Below, piece by piece: positions 47,055 through 56,784 of a DNA stretch of 64,000 nt (within the stretch, counting starts at the first letter, position 1; every line of letters starts with the position of its first letter). This stretch comes from Candidatus Latescibacterota bacterium (lineage in GTDB: Bacteria; Latescibacterota; UBA2968). The translations under genes were made by a program, and so were the position numbers. Under the pieces are notes generated by a model. The model had not been told where the DNA came from. It saw nothing but the letters and a program-made list of their open reading frames with translations, and searched no databases. Location of the stretch: positions 4,960,001-5,024,000 of the forward strand of contig OZ242195.1 of the NCBI GenBank assembly GCA_965205975.1, given 5' to 3'.

Positions 47055-48251
47055 GTGGACATTAGAGAAAATACCATCTATCCTCCAAAAGGTTATAAGG
47101 CCGCGGGACTTCATTGCGGTCTCAAAGAGGGGGATGACAAAGATCTCGCGCTCATTGTTTCTGATCGAGCGGCTTCGGCAGCAGGGATGTTTACGACAAA
47201 TCGCGTGTGTGCAGCACCTGTGCATCTCAATAGGGAACATTTGCAAAATGGACGGGCGCGAGCCGTTGTGGTCAATAGCAAAAATGCCAATGCGTGTACC
47301 GGAGATCAGGGCATGGCCGATGCGCGCCAGATGGCGCAATGGGCGGGTAGTGGATTGGGTATTATACCAGAAGATATGCTGGTCAATTCGACGGGGGTCA
47401 TTGGTGTGCCTTTGCCGATGGAGTGCCTTGAAACGGGTATCCGAAATATCGTTCCGCAACTCGATGTTGGGGGATGGGACGATGCTGCAGAGGCGATTAT
47501 GACTACGGATACCGTGCCGAAGAAAGCATCTGTGCGATGTGAAATAGATGGTAGCGAGATTACCATTGCAGGGATCGCTAAGGGCGCGGGTATGATTGCG
47601 CCAAATATGGCGACTATGCTCGCTTTTGTGCTCACAGATGCAGATATTTCCCCTGAGGTGCTCCAAAACGCGCTTTGTGAAGCTGTTACACGATCTTTTA
47701 ATTGCATTACTGTCGATGGCGATATGAGTACCAATGATACGGTTCTGGCTCTGGCAAATGGCGCGGCGAGGAAGAGCGAACTTACCGGCGAAAACCTCCA
47801 GGTCTTCCAGGCTGCGCTCAATGCAGTTTGTATTAGTCTGGCCAAACAAATTGCACGCGATGGCGAGGGCGCGACCAAACTTATCACGGTTCGCGTTGAT
47901 GGCGCAGCTACCGAGGCTGATGCACGCACTGTGGGGCTGTCTGTTGCCAACTCAAATCTCGTTAAGACCGCTGTTTTTGGACGCGATCCCAACTGGGGGC
48001 GAATTTTGTGCGCAGCGGGTTATGCTGGCGTGGCGGTGGATCCCGACCACACAGCCGTTTCAATGGCCGGTATCCCTATTTACGCTAATGGCGGCGGTCT
48101 GCCTTTTGACCAAGATTGCGCCATTGCAGCTCTGGGAGCTTCCGATATAGATATTGATATCAATCTGAACATCGGCGAGGCATCGGCTACTATTTATACG
48201 TGTGATTTGACTTATGACTACGTTCGCATAAATGCCGAATACACAACATAA
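47055..48251 (+). CDS. argJ: Glutamate N-acetyltransferase / ornithine acetyltransferase
   Basis: NANACTG, STGVIG, IMTTDT, KGAGMIAPNMATML, ARDGEGATK, YVRINAEY. Confidence 0.96.
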   Translation: MDIRENTIYPPKGYKAAGLHCGLKEGDDKDLALIVSDRAASAAGMFTTNRVCAAPVHLNREHLQNGRARAVVVNSKNANACTGDQGMADARQMAQWAGSGLGIIPEDMLVNSTGVIGVPLPMECLETGIRNIVPQLDVGGWDDAAEAIMTTDTVPKKASVRCEIDGSEITIAGIAKGAGMIAPNMATMLAFVLTDADISPEVLQNALCEAVTRSFNCITVDGDMSTNDTVLALANGAARKSELTGENLQVFQAALNAVCISLAKQIARDGEGATKLITVRVDGAATEADARTVGLSVANSNLVKTAVFGRDPNWGRILCAAGYAGVAVDPDHTAVSMAGIPIYANGGGLPFDQDCAIAALGASDIDIDINLNIGEASATIYTCDLTYDYVRINAEYTT

Positions 48252-48258
48252 TATTCAC

Positions 48259-49464
48259 ATGCCCAAATCTCCTTTTACACAGCGCGTTCTCAATATCCAG
48301 GCTTCTGCGACGGTATCGGCTTTTGCCAGGGCAGGAGAACTGAAACGACAGGGCGTTGATCTCATTTCTCTCGTTGCAGGGGAACCCGATTTTGAGACGC
48401 CTGAACATATAAGAGATGCTGCGATTCGGGCTATTAATGCGGGCCATACGCGATATACCAATCCCGCGTCGGGCATTCCCGAACTCAAACTCGCGATATG
48501 TGACAAATTTGAGCGCGACAATGATTTGTATTATGACCCCTCACAAATTATTGTGACGTGTGGGGCAAAACAAACCATCTTTGACGCTATTATTGTTTTA
48601 ATAGAGGAGGGGGACGAAGCCATTATTCCCGCTCCTTATTGGACGAGCTATGCCGATCAGGTGCGCTTAATGGGTGGCAATCCGATCATTGTGCCGACTA
48701 CACCAGACTCGGATTTTTGCATGACGACGCGCCAACTCCAGGATGCTATTACCCCACGAACAAAACTTGTGCTCTTAAATAGTCCCTGCAATCCGACGGG
48801 AACTGTTTATACCCGCGAGAACCTGAATGCTCTGGCCGATGTGATTGCGGGTGCTAATGTCTATGTGATTGCCGATGAAATCTACGAAAAACTTCTCTAT
48901 GGAGATGCCGAGCATGTGTCTATCGCGGCTTTGTTGCCCGAGTTAGCAGATAGAACACTGACTGTTAATGGGGTATCAAAATCCTATGCAATGACCGGAT
49001 GGCGCGTGGGGTATGGCGCGGGCCCCCAGAATTTGATCGATTTGATGATCAAAGTTCAGACCCAGGAAACTACTAATACGTGTTCGATTTCCCAATACGC
49101 CGCACTCGAAGCACTTACAGGACCTCAAGGCTGCGTCGAAGTGATGCGGCGTGCTTATGTTAAACGACGCAATCAAATCGTTTCTCGTCTCAATCGGATG
49201 CCGGGCGTGTCTTGCAATATGCCCCGGGGCGCGTTTTATGTTTTTCCCGATATCTCTGAATATATTGGCAAGCCGTCATCTTGCGGGCGTATTGACAGCG
49301 ATGTTGCGCTTTGCAATTTTTTGCTCGAAGAAGCGCGTGTCGCCTGCGTTCCCGGTACGGGTTTTGGAGCACCGGGATATTTGCGATTTTCCTATGCCGC
49401 GTCACCCGAGCAAATCACCCGGGGCATGGATCGCATTGAAGCGGCGTTGACTGCACTTTTATGA
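48259..49464 (+). CDS. aspC: Aspartate aminotransferase family (class I) PLP enzyme
   Basis: GEPDF, GAKQ, NSPCNPTG, DEIY, SKSYAMTGWRVG. Confidence 0.8.
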   Translation: MPKSPFTQRVLNIQASATVSAFARAGELKRQGVDLISLVAGEPDFETPEHIRDAAIRAINAGHTRYTNPASGIPELKLAICDKFERDNDLYYDPSQIIVTCGAKQTIFDAIIVLIEEGDEAIIPAPYWTSYADQVRLMGGNPIIVPTTPDSDFCMTTRQLQDAITPRTKLVLLNSPCNPTGTVYTRENLNALADVIAGANVYVIADEIYEKLLYGDAEHVSIAALLPELADRTLTVNGVSKSYAMTGWRVGYGAGPQNLIDLMIKVQTQETTNTCSISQYAALEALTGPQGCVEVMRRAYVKRRNQIVSRLNRMPGVSCNMPRGAFYVFPDISEYIGKPSSCGRIDSDVALCNFLLEEARVACVPGTGFGAPGYLRFSYAASPEQITRGMDRIEAALTALL

Positions 49465-49558
49465 GAATCAGCGAATCAACGAATCAACGAATCAACGAAT
49501 CGAAGCTCGTAGTGATTTTGGGTGGTGGGGCGGAGTTCGTCTATTCGTCTATTCGTCT
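49465..49558 (+). repeat. Octamer-armed intergenic element, copy 3
   Basis: (CGAATCAA)x3, core GATTTTGGGTGGTGGGGCGGAGTTCG, (TCTATTCG)x2. Confidence 0.8.
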
Positions 49559-49579
49559 TCTTTGAAAGGACGATCATTC

Positions 49580-50548
49580 ATGAGCGACCGATCTTATCTC
49601 GATTTTGAACAGCCACTGGCCGAGTTGGAGGAGAAAATCGCCGCGCTTCGGGAACGGGCCAAAGCGGAAGGTCTGGATGTGACTGACGCAATTGAAGTTC
49701 TCGAGAAACGCCACGAGAAACTCGAACGCGATATTTTTCGCAATCTTACGCGATGGCAAAAATACCAGCTATCACGCCACCCTCAGCGACCTTATTCGCT
49801 GGACTATATCGACCGTATAACTTCTGATTTTATCGAATTGCACGGCGATCGCTGTAGTGGGAATGATCAGGCGATTGTCGGGGGATTGGCGTATTTTGAA
49901 GGCCAACCCATCGTTGTTATCGGACAACAAAAAGGGCGCAATACAAGCGAGAATCTCAAGCGCAATTTTGGTCTTCCACATCCGGAAGGATATCGCAAAG
50001 CCCTGAGGTTGATGCAGTTGGCTGCCAAATTTGGTCGTCCCGTGCTTTGTATGGTCGATACGCCGGGCGCGTTTCCAGGTCTGGCCTCGGAACAGCGAAG
50101 TATATCAGAAGCCATTGCTCGCAACCTGTTAGAGATGGCGCGGCTACCCGTTCCGATTGTCATTGCAATTATCGGTGAAGGCGCGAGCGGAGGGGCACTG
50201 GGCATTGGTGTAGGCGACCAAATTCTCATGCTCGAAAATGCCTGGTATTCAGTGATCAACCCCGAATCCTGTTCGCTCATTCTCTGGCGCAACCGGGACA
50301 AACGCACGGAAGCTGCAGAAGCTATGAAAATCGCGGCAGAAGATCTTCTGGACCTCGGTGTTATTGACTGCATTGTGCCAGAGCCTTATGGGGGGGCACA
50401 TCGCAACGTTGAGTTGGCAGCACAAAATCTGAAAAAAGCCGTTTCAGATGCACTTGCAGAGATTGTTAAAATACCCGTTGAAAATCTTTCAAAATTACGG
50501 GTTGAAAAATTCAATCGAATGGGGATTTGGGAAGAATCTCATAGATAG
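49580..50548 (+). CDS. accA: Acetyl-CoA carboxylase carboxyltransferase alpha subunit
   Basis: YLDFEQP, RHPQRP, ELHGDR, PEGYRKALR, DTPGAFPG, GEGASGGAL. Confidence 0.96.
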   Translation: MSDRSYLDFEQPLAELEEKIAALRERAKAEGLDVTDAIEVLEKRHEKLERDIFRNLTRWQKYQLSRHPQRPYSLDYIDRITSDFIELHGDRCSGNDQAIVGGLAYFEGQPIVVIGQQKGRNTSENLKRNFGLPHPEGYRKALRLMQLAAKFGRPVLCMVDTPGAFPGLASEQRSISEAIARNLLEMARLPVPIVIAIIGEGASGGALGIGVGDQILMLENAWYSVINPESCSLILWRNRDKRTEAAEAMKIAAEDLLDLGVIDCIVPEPYGGAHRNVELAAQNLKKAVSDALAEIVKIPVENLSKLRVEKFNRMGIWEESHR

Positions 50549-50682
50549 CGAGATATTACATCCGGCCTGAAATTCATGTCGGAAAATCTTGCAAAAACTT
50601 TTTTTATATAGCGATGTTCTTAAGTTTCAAGACCTTATTTCAATCGCGTAAAAAAAACCGACAATAAAGGTCAATTTAGTAG

Positions 50683-50711
50683 TTGACGAGCGGACTTTCA
50701 CTGTATATATT
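50683..50711 (+). promoter_or_regulatory. sigma70 promoter candidate upstream of the structured RNA
   Basis: TTGACG-N17-TATATT. Confidence 0.55.
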
Positions 50712-50778
50712 CTATTTGTGATTCAAATGAGTTTTTTGTTGTATCTTCATATTTTTAATATGGTTATGGATATTTCTA

Positions 50779-50981
50779 TTTAGGTGGGTGGAGGTTGCTC
50801 TAATCTTTAAGCCCTGAATTGGTCCAGGAGGAATTTGGGTTGGACTTTAACGGTCAAACTATGGTATTACCGGGGGAGATAATACTATAGTACTGGCCGA
50901 CAATATGAAGAAACCACATCCCTATTTCGGTGCACTCCAATTAGTGGAGGCTGATGGAAAAGATACCTTCATCCACCTGAA
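50779..50981 (+). ncRNA. ~200-nt structured non-coding RNA candidate (6S-like dimensions, family unassigned)
   Basis: 17-bp closing stem 50779-50795/50965-50981; apical hairpin 50851-50899; non-Watson-Crick pairs in both stems are G-U on the + strand; own promoter and terminator. Confidence 0.6.
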
Positions 50982-50982
50982 C

Positions 50983-51020
50983 AAAAAAGCGGTCCTATCT
51001 GGATCGTTTTTTTTATTTTT
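50983..51020. terminator. Bidirectional intrinsic terminator
   Basis: AAAAAA-GCGGTCC-TATCT-GGATCGT-TTTTTTT. Confidence 0.75.
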
Positions 51021-53385
51021 GTTCAGTTTTGAGCCACGGCACGATATCGATGTGTCCGCGATCTATTCTCATTGCGATTGCACCCGAATGATCGGTTCTC
51101 CAAATTTGTATCCCCATATCGCGAAAGCGTTGTACAACTTCTGGCGAAGGATGCCGGAATTTATTGTTTATTCCGCAAGATATGGCTACAACGCTGGGAT
51201 TGACACCCGCGAGAAACTCGGGTGTTGAGGATGTGCGCGAGCCGTGGTGCGCAGCTTTGAGGATGTCTGACCGCAGGCGATGATTCCAGAGCATCAGATC
51301 GCTATCTGTCTCGTGTTCTATATCTCCAGTCAATAATATCGCTGTTTCCCGATAGACGATTCGAATGACGACCGAACCATTATTCACCCCATCGGGCGCC
51401 GATCCCGAGTCGGAGACATAAGCCGATGTCGGATGTAGCACCAGGCCGCCAATACCCACCAGACTATCTCCCGCAGCCACAGCCTGATATCTGATGCCTT
51501 TTGTTTTTACGACCTCTTGAAGCCGTTTGCCCGTAAAAGAATCGACGTGCTGTCCCGCATCGAGATAATAACCTACCGATATCTGTTCCAAAACGGAAAT
51601 CAGGCCACCAATATGATCGGCATGCGGGTGAGATCCCACCACGACATCTATATGATCAATATTCTGACTTTTGAGAAATGGCAGAATCACGCGCTCTCCC
51701 ATGTCGGTGTATTGCGTGCGAATACCACCATCGACCAGAAGTGTTCGTCCATTCGGATATTTAAAAAAAATAGCATCGCCCTGACCGACATCGAGGAAAT
51801 AGATTTCAAGGGCTGACTCTGTTTGCCAGATATTTTTCCAGATTCCGATATTTGCCAGAACAAGGGCGATTATGAGACAATAAGTACCCCAAAGCCGTCT
51901 GACAGTAGGGTGAATCAGAGGAATCAGGACCAGATAAATAGCAAAGATAACCCAGGAGGGACGCGCAACTTCAAAGGCAGCCCACTCTGGCTCGGCCATG
52001 AATTTTGCACATTTGATTGTCCCGCTCAAAATTAGCCAGTTCGCGGCGTTTAATATCGTCGCCAGAGGTTCCCAACAGGCGAAGGCCAATACAGTCAGGA
52101 GTCCCAGTGCGACGCCAACGCCTATGAGTGGTACGACAATTAAATTTGCAATTAGGCCAATAACCGATACCAGCCCAAAATATGCCACAACAAAGGGTAG
52201 AGTCGTTGCCTGAGCAGCGAGAGAAACAGCCAGAGGCCCTGCGATAAAGGTATCGTACCATCCCTTTTTTTCGGGTAAGAAGTCACGCAATGGTCGATAA
52301 AAAATTAAAATGCCGCCCGTGGCTACAAACGACAGTTGAAAACCCACATCGAACAGGTCCTGTGGTCGAGCGATCAATAGTCCCAAACCCGCTATGCCCA
52401 GGATGTTTCCACCGTCTATATCGCGCTGTCCCACCATGCCCAAAAGTGCCACACATCCCATTGTCGAAGCGCGCACGACCGAGGGAGGCAATCCGGTTAT
52501 CAGCGCGTAAAGTACCAGCGCAAAGATTGTCAGCGTGGCAGTGATGCCCCGCGCAATTCCCAGTATCTTTAGCGAGAAAAATATAGCTCCAGCAATCAAA
52601 CCTACGTGAAGTCCAGATACCGCTAAGACGTGATTGACACCCGTTTGTGCGAATGCGGTTTTAACTTCTTCGGGCACCGCGTGCTTTGCGCCTAAAAGCA
52701 CCCCTTTTAAGAGGCCAGCAGGTCCCCCGGAAAGATTCTGATCAATTGCACGGCGAATGAGATTTCTAATGGGCAATACGATCTGTGCCCACCAGTCATC
52801 TTTTTCATGTTGATGTGCAATAATCTGGGTGCGCTTTTGCACCGTGCCCAAAGCATCAATACCCCTTCGTTTCAGAAATTCCCGGTAATCAAATGCGCCC
52901 GGATTTCGCGGGAGACCAGGTTGATAGAGCTGTATCTGCAATTGCATTCGATCCCCGTATGTGGGCAATGCAGTACCCGCCTTAAACCTGATTAGCGCCT
53001 TGCCGCTTACAGCGCGTGCCGTGTCTTTGAAGACGATTTGAAGTACGTTAAAGACGGTGCGATAATCGCCATCGATGCGTTCTGGGTCCGACGATACCAA
53101 TCCTTCGACTTCGGCAAGTGTGCGGTCTGCAGGTAAGAACAGGACAAAGTGATCTACAGCGCGTTCCAGGCTCTGCGCGCTTCTCAATGCACCCAGCAAA
53201 ATGAGAAGGCTCGCAAAAAGGATGCTCATCTTTCCCTTATTCCAGTTTCTCCACAGCCCCACGCCACAAAAACAGATAAGGGTAAAGGCGCAGAGTATGG
53301 TGGGTGCTGGAAATACCCCAATATACCTGTGTAAACCGATTCCCAAAGCGAAGTACAGCGCAGTCCACAATGCGGGTCGTCTCAT
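51013..53385 (-). CDS. comEC: ComEC/Rec2 DNA-uptake protein
   Basis: RNPGAFDY, HVLAVSGLHVG, GFQLSF, LDVGQGDA, SHPHADHIGG, HHGS. Confidence 0.93.
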   Translation of the reverse strand: MRRPALWTALYFALGIGLHRYIGVFPAPTILCAFTLICFCGVGLWRNWNKGKMSILFASLLILLGALRSAQSLERAVDHFVLFLPADRTLAEVEGLVSSDPERIDGDYRTVFNVLQIVFKDTARAVSGKALIRFKAGTALPTYGDRMQLQIQLYQPGLPRNPGAFDYREFLKRRGIDALGTVQKRTQIIAHQHEKDDWWAQIVLPIRNLIRRAIDQNLSGGPAGLLKGVLLGAKHAVPEEVKTAFAQTGVNHVLAVSGLHVGLIAGAIFFSLKILGIARGITATLTIFALVLYALITGLPPSVVRASTMGCVALLGMVGQRDIDGGNILGIAGLGLLIARPQDLFDVGFQLSFVATGGILIFYRPLRDFLPEKKGWYDTFIAGPLAVSLAAQATTLPFVVAYFGLVSVIGLIANLIVVPLIGVGVALGLLTVLAFACWEPLATILNAANWLILSGTIKCAKFMAEPEWAAFEVARPSWVIFAIYLVLIPLIHPTVRRLWGTYCLIIALVLANIGIWKNIWQTESALEIYFLDVGQGDAIFFKYPNGRTLLVDGGIRTQYTDMGERVILPFLKSQNIDHIDVVVGSHPHADHIGGLISVLEQISVGYYLDAGQHVDSFTGKRLQEVVKTKGIRYQAVAAGDSLVGIGGLVLHPTSAYVSDSGSAPDGVNNGSVVIRIVYRETAILLTGDIEHETDSDLMLWNHRLRSDILKAAHHGSRTSSTPEFLAGVNPSVVAISCGINNKFRHPSPEVVQRFRDMGIQIWRTDHSGAIAMRIDRGHIDIVPWLKTEQK

Positions 53386-53508
53386 GTTGTTTCCTTTTTT
53401 GATCCCGTATTGTGGCAATTTTCGTGCCAGCTCTCATGGCGTGCTCATCTCCGCTATTTGAGGAAAAAACTGTTCACATGATTAAAAAAAATGTTCCCCT
53501 TTTCGTCA

Positions 53509-53537
53509 TTGACTTTCCCCATGTGAGATGGTATATT
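53509..53537 (+). promoter_or_regulatory. sigma70 promoter candidate (extended -10) for the truA operon
   Basis: TTGACT-N17-TATATT with TGn. Confidence 0.5.
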
Positions 53538-53605
53538 TCCAAAACTGTATGCTTTAGTGGAAGTTAGGATCGTTACTCTTTTTGCGTTTGGTGCGGGCCG
53601 TTATT

Positions 53606-54346
53606 ATGCAGATTCGCCTGACGCTCGAATACGATGGGACCGACTTTAAGGGCTGGCAAATTCAGCCTGACCAACGCACGGTCCAGGGCGAGCTTCAGGC
53701 ACGCCTTGAGCAACTTTATGGCGCACCGGTCCCTGTTACGGCGTCTGGTCGTACAGATGCAGGCGTTCACGCACTCGGGCAGGTCGTCAATTTTACGCCT
53801 ACACGCGATATTCCGCTCGATCGCTTGCAGCACGCGCTCAATGGCATGTTGCCACCCGATGTTGCGGTCAAAAGTGCCGATTATGTCGGCCCTGACTTTC
53901 ACGCGCGTTTCGATGCCCAACGCCGTCATTATTTTTATTGTATCCGGCATAACAAACAGCCTATTGGTCGGTATTATGCGTGGTATATGCGCGGCGAACT
54001 CGATCTCAATGCAATAAAACGGGCGAGCAAAATTCTCATTGGTCGGCACGACTTTACGTCTTTTTGTGTGGCGGCCAATGAAAAAGAAAATCGAGTCTGT
54101 CAGGTCTATACATGCGATTGGCAACGGCAGGGCGACGAACTCATATTTTATATTTCCGGTAATCGCTTTTTACGCGCAATGGTGCGCAGTATCGTTGGCA
54201 CCCTCGTAGAAATGGGTCGAGGGGCGCGACCTGCCGAATCTATGCATGATATTCTCGGTGCTCGCAACCGCCAAAGTGCCGGAGAATCCGCTCCTGCCCA
54301 GGGTTTGTTTCTCGAAAGGGTGATTTACGACGATGAACTCCCGTGA
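53606..54346 (+). CDS. truA: tRNA pseudouridine(38-40) synthase
   Basis: EYDGTDFKGWQ, SGRTDAGVHA, FHARF, FLRAMVR. Confidence 0.96.
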   Translation: MQIRLTLEYDGTDFKGWQIQPDQRTVQGELQARLEQLYGAPVPVTASGRTDAGVHALGQVVNFTPTRDIPLDRLQHALNGMLPPDVAVKSADYVGPDFHARFDAQRRHYFYCIRHNKQPIGRYYAWYMRGELDLNAIKRASKILIGRHDFTSFCVAANEKENRVCQVYTCDWQRQGDELIFYISGNRFLRAMVRSIVGTLVEMGRGARPAESMHDILGARNRQSAGESAPAQGLFLERVIYDDELP

Positions 54347-55461
54347 GGATGAGTGCCGTGAAGCACCCCCTGCTGATTTTGCTATTGGGCTTGTGCATTG
54401 GCCTGGCACTATTTCCCCTGCTCAATCGGTCTTCGTCCAACACGAGCGCGGTAAGTACAAGTATTGAGACTTCGCGCCGAAATGCCATTGTTCGAGCGGT
54501 TGAAAATGTGGCGCCAGCAGTCGTTAGCATCAATACGGTTTACGATCGGGATTATCCCCGATACCCCGATAGCTTTTTTGAACCCTTTGAACTTTCCAAC
54601 AGGCGGCGCATTCCTGGAATCGGCTCGGGGTTCGTGATACAGACCGATGGTTATATCTTGACCAGCAGCCATGTTGTCGATGGTGCACAGGAAATATTTG
54701 TAATCTTTCCCGACGGTCGTCGCTTTGATGTTCTCGATGTTTTTATCGATCGCCAATGGGATCTGGCCGTTGTGCAGATTGATGCCGATAGTCTCTATGT
54801 TCCCGAGATTGGGACATCTGAAAGCGTTATTATTGGCGAATGGGCAATCGCGCTTGGAAACCCTTTTGGCTTGCACTTTGAAGATCTCAATCCCACCGTT
54901 ACGGTTGGTGTTATTAGCGCAGTAGATCGCATTGTTCGCCCAGAGCAAAACGAACGCGCCTACAAAAGCATGATTCAAACTGACGCTTCAATTAATCCCG
55001 GCAACAGCGGCGGTCCTTTGGTGAACAGCCTCGGTCGGGTTATTGGCGTTAATTCGTTTATCTTTTCACAAGGTGGATCGCTGGGCATCGGTTTTGCAGT
55101 GCCCATTGATCGCGCAATCCAGGTGGCCTGTCAGCTCATTGACCAGGGTAGCCGCGAGTTCTGGACCGGGCTGGATATTCACAACCTCAACTCGCATATT
55201 GCTCGCACCCTTGGGGTTCGGACACTTAAAGGTGCTTTGATCACTGTCGTCGATCCCCTCAGCCCAGGTGAAAGCGCCGGGTTGCTGCTCGGTGATGTGA
55301 TTGTGATGGTCAACGACAAAAATACCAGTAGTGCTGATGACGTCTTAAATGCTTTTCGGTACGCGGCTGTTGGCGATACATTTAATCTCAAAATTTTGCG
55401 TGGTCGAGGTCACGTATTTGATACCCAACTCGTCTTAGAAGCCGACCCGCGCAACGAGTAA
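54343..55461 (+). CDS. HtrA/DegS-family serine protease with one PDZ domain
   Basis: GSGF, TSSHV, DLAV, QTDASINPGNSGGPL. Confidence 0.92.
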   Translation: MRMSAVKHPLLILLLGLCIGLALFPLLNRSSSNTSAVSTSIETSRRNAIVRAVENVAPAVVSINTVYDRDYPRYPDSFFEPFELSNRRRIPGIGSGFVIQTDGYILTSSHVVDGAQEIFVIFPDGRRFDVLDVFIDRQWDLAVVQIDADSLYVPEIGTSESVIIGEWAIALGNPFGLHFEDLNPTVTVGVISAVDRIVRPEQNERAYKSMIQTDASINPGNSGGPLVNSLGRVIGVNSFIFSQGGSLGIGFAVPIDRAIQVACQLIDQGSREFWTGLDIHNLNSHIARTLGVRTLKGALITVVDPLSPGESAGLLLGDVIVMVNDKNTSSADDVLNAFRYAAVGDTFNLKILRGRGHVFDTQLVLEADPRNE

Positions 55462-55483
55462 TTCCCGATTGGAGCCTTGTCTA

Positions 55484-56209
55484 ATGAATGCCAAAGCAGC
55501 TCTGCCCAGCCTGTTTACCATTAGCAGTTTGTTTTGTGGTTTTTTATCTATGTACTACGCTGTGAATGGGCGTTTTATCGGTGCAGCACTTCTCATCGTT
55601 ATTGCGGGGTTTCTCGATGCGTGCGACGGAAAAATTGCGCGATACTTCCATACGTCCAGCAACTTTGGCGTCCAATTTGATTCCATTGTCGATGTCTGTT
55701 CTTTTGGCGTGGCCCCGGCTCTGCTCATGTTGTACTATCTCGATACTTTGCTGGTCATTCGCTGGTTGCCTTTTGTCGTTTGTTTTTTATTTTTGTTGTG
55801 TGGTGCGCTGAGGTTGGCGCGTTTCAACGCACAATTAAAGGGATTCGAGAAAGAAAATTTCTCTGGCCTCCCGATTCCAACGGCAGCGGGTACTTTGGCC
55901 GCATATATTCTTTTTACAGAACATGTGTGGCAGAGCAGTACCCACGCGCCTCATTTTGCCATCGCCCTGTGCGTTGTGCTCTCATTTCTCATGATCAGCA
56001 CAATGGAGTACAACGCGTTTTCGAGGTTATCTATTGAAACCAGACGCGGTCGCATCCGCTTGATTTTTTTACTATGTATTATTGTGCTCATGTTTTTTTA
56101 TACTTATGAAGTATTCTTTCCCGTGGCACTCGCCATTTCCCTGTCTGGCCTGTTCAGGTGGTTGTATTATGCCATCACAGACCGCGAAGTGGCAGATGTA
56201 CGGGACTAA
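55484..56209 (+). CDS. pssA: CDP-diacylglycerol--serine O-phosphatidyltransferase
   Basis: DACDGKIAR...FGVQFDSIVD...FGVAP, LRLARFN, FSGLPIP. Confidence 0.9.
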   Translation: MNAKAALPSLFTISSLFCGFLSMYYAVNGRFIGAALLIVIAGFLDACDGKIARYFHTSSNFGVQFDSIVDVCSFGVAPALLMLYYLDTLLVIRWLPFVVCFLFLLCGALRLARFNAQLKGFEKENFSGLPIPTAAGTLAAYILFTEHVWQSSTHAPHFAIALCVVLSFLMISTMEYNAFSRLSIETRRGRIRLIFLLCIIVLMFFYTYEVFFPVALAISLSGLFRWLYYAITDREVADVRD

Positions 56210-56236
56210 AATTCACCTTTTTTGCAAAGCGTGGTT

Positions 56237-56515
56237 ATGGGGCGAAGAAGTCTGGGAATTCTCATTGTTGCGATTTTTATCGGCATTCTTGCTGGCAACG
56301 TGGTTGGTCAGGTTCTGGCTGTTATTTTTGACAGTCTTGGCCTGGAAAATAATGTAGCGCAAAAAGTACTTGTTGAATCTTATGTCTATAAGCTCAATCC
56401 CATTGAGATTAACTTGATCATTATGACTTTTACATTGGGTTTTTCGATTGATTTCAATGTGTTGAGCTTTCTCGGTATTGGGATAGCCTGGTACTACGTT
56501 AAGTATTCCTATTGA
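56237..56515 (+). CDS. Small membrane protein (DUF4321-like)
   Basis: Two hydrophobic ends; INLIIMTFTLGF..FNVLSFLGI. Confidence 0.65.
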   Translation: MGRRSLGILIVAIFIGILAGNVVGQVLAVIFDSLGLENNVAQKVLVESYVYKLNPIEINLIIMTFTLGFSIDFNVLSFLGIGIAWYYVKYSY

Positions 56516-56535
56516 GTTATTTCAGGAGGTATGAC

Positions 56536-56772
56536 ATGTTCGGCATGGGACCGTGGGAAATCGTATTGATTTTGGTCGTTGTCCTGCTGGTGTTTGGTGC
56601 AAAACGCATTCCCGAAATTGCCCAGTCTCTCGGCAAGGGCATTACCGAATTTAAGCGCGGCGTAAAGGACGTTCAGACGGAAATAGAAAATAACGTCAAC
56701 ACTGCTCCGCCTCCCGAACCACAACCCACACAGACAACACAGACAACATCGGGTACAGAAACAAAATCGTAA
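56536..56772 (+). CDS. tatA: Twin-arginine translocase TatA/E
   Basis: GPWEIVLILVVVLLVFGAKRIPEIAQSLGKGITEFK; AGGAGG RBS. Confidence 0.93.
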   Translation: MFGMGPWEIVLILVVVLLVFGAKRIPEIAQSLGKGITEFKRGVKDVQTEIENNVNTAPPPEPQPTQTTQTTSGTETKS

Positions 56773-56784
56773 TCTGGAGGCAGG

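Noticed and set aside
50779..50981. Retron msr-msd, tmRNA, or a minus-strand 6S RNA
   Set aside because: No reverse transcriptase nearby and no tRNA-like ends. A minus-strand CCTGGACC..TTCAGG resembles a 6S motif, but the stems would carry A-C mismatches on that strand
50905..51228. 107-aa ORF on the + strand
   Set aside because: It runs through a terminator and antisense into comEC, has no RBS, and overlaps the structured RNA
15748..53385. A dispersed competence regulon (HhH, DprA, ComF-like PRTase, ComEC)
   Set aside because: The genes are unlinked; the DprA/PRTase pair fits the RqlHI architecture and the HhH protein has its own operon. Only comEC is a clear competence gene
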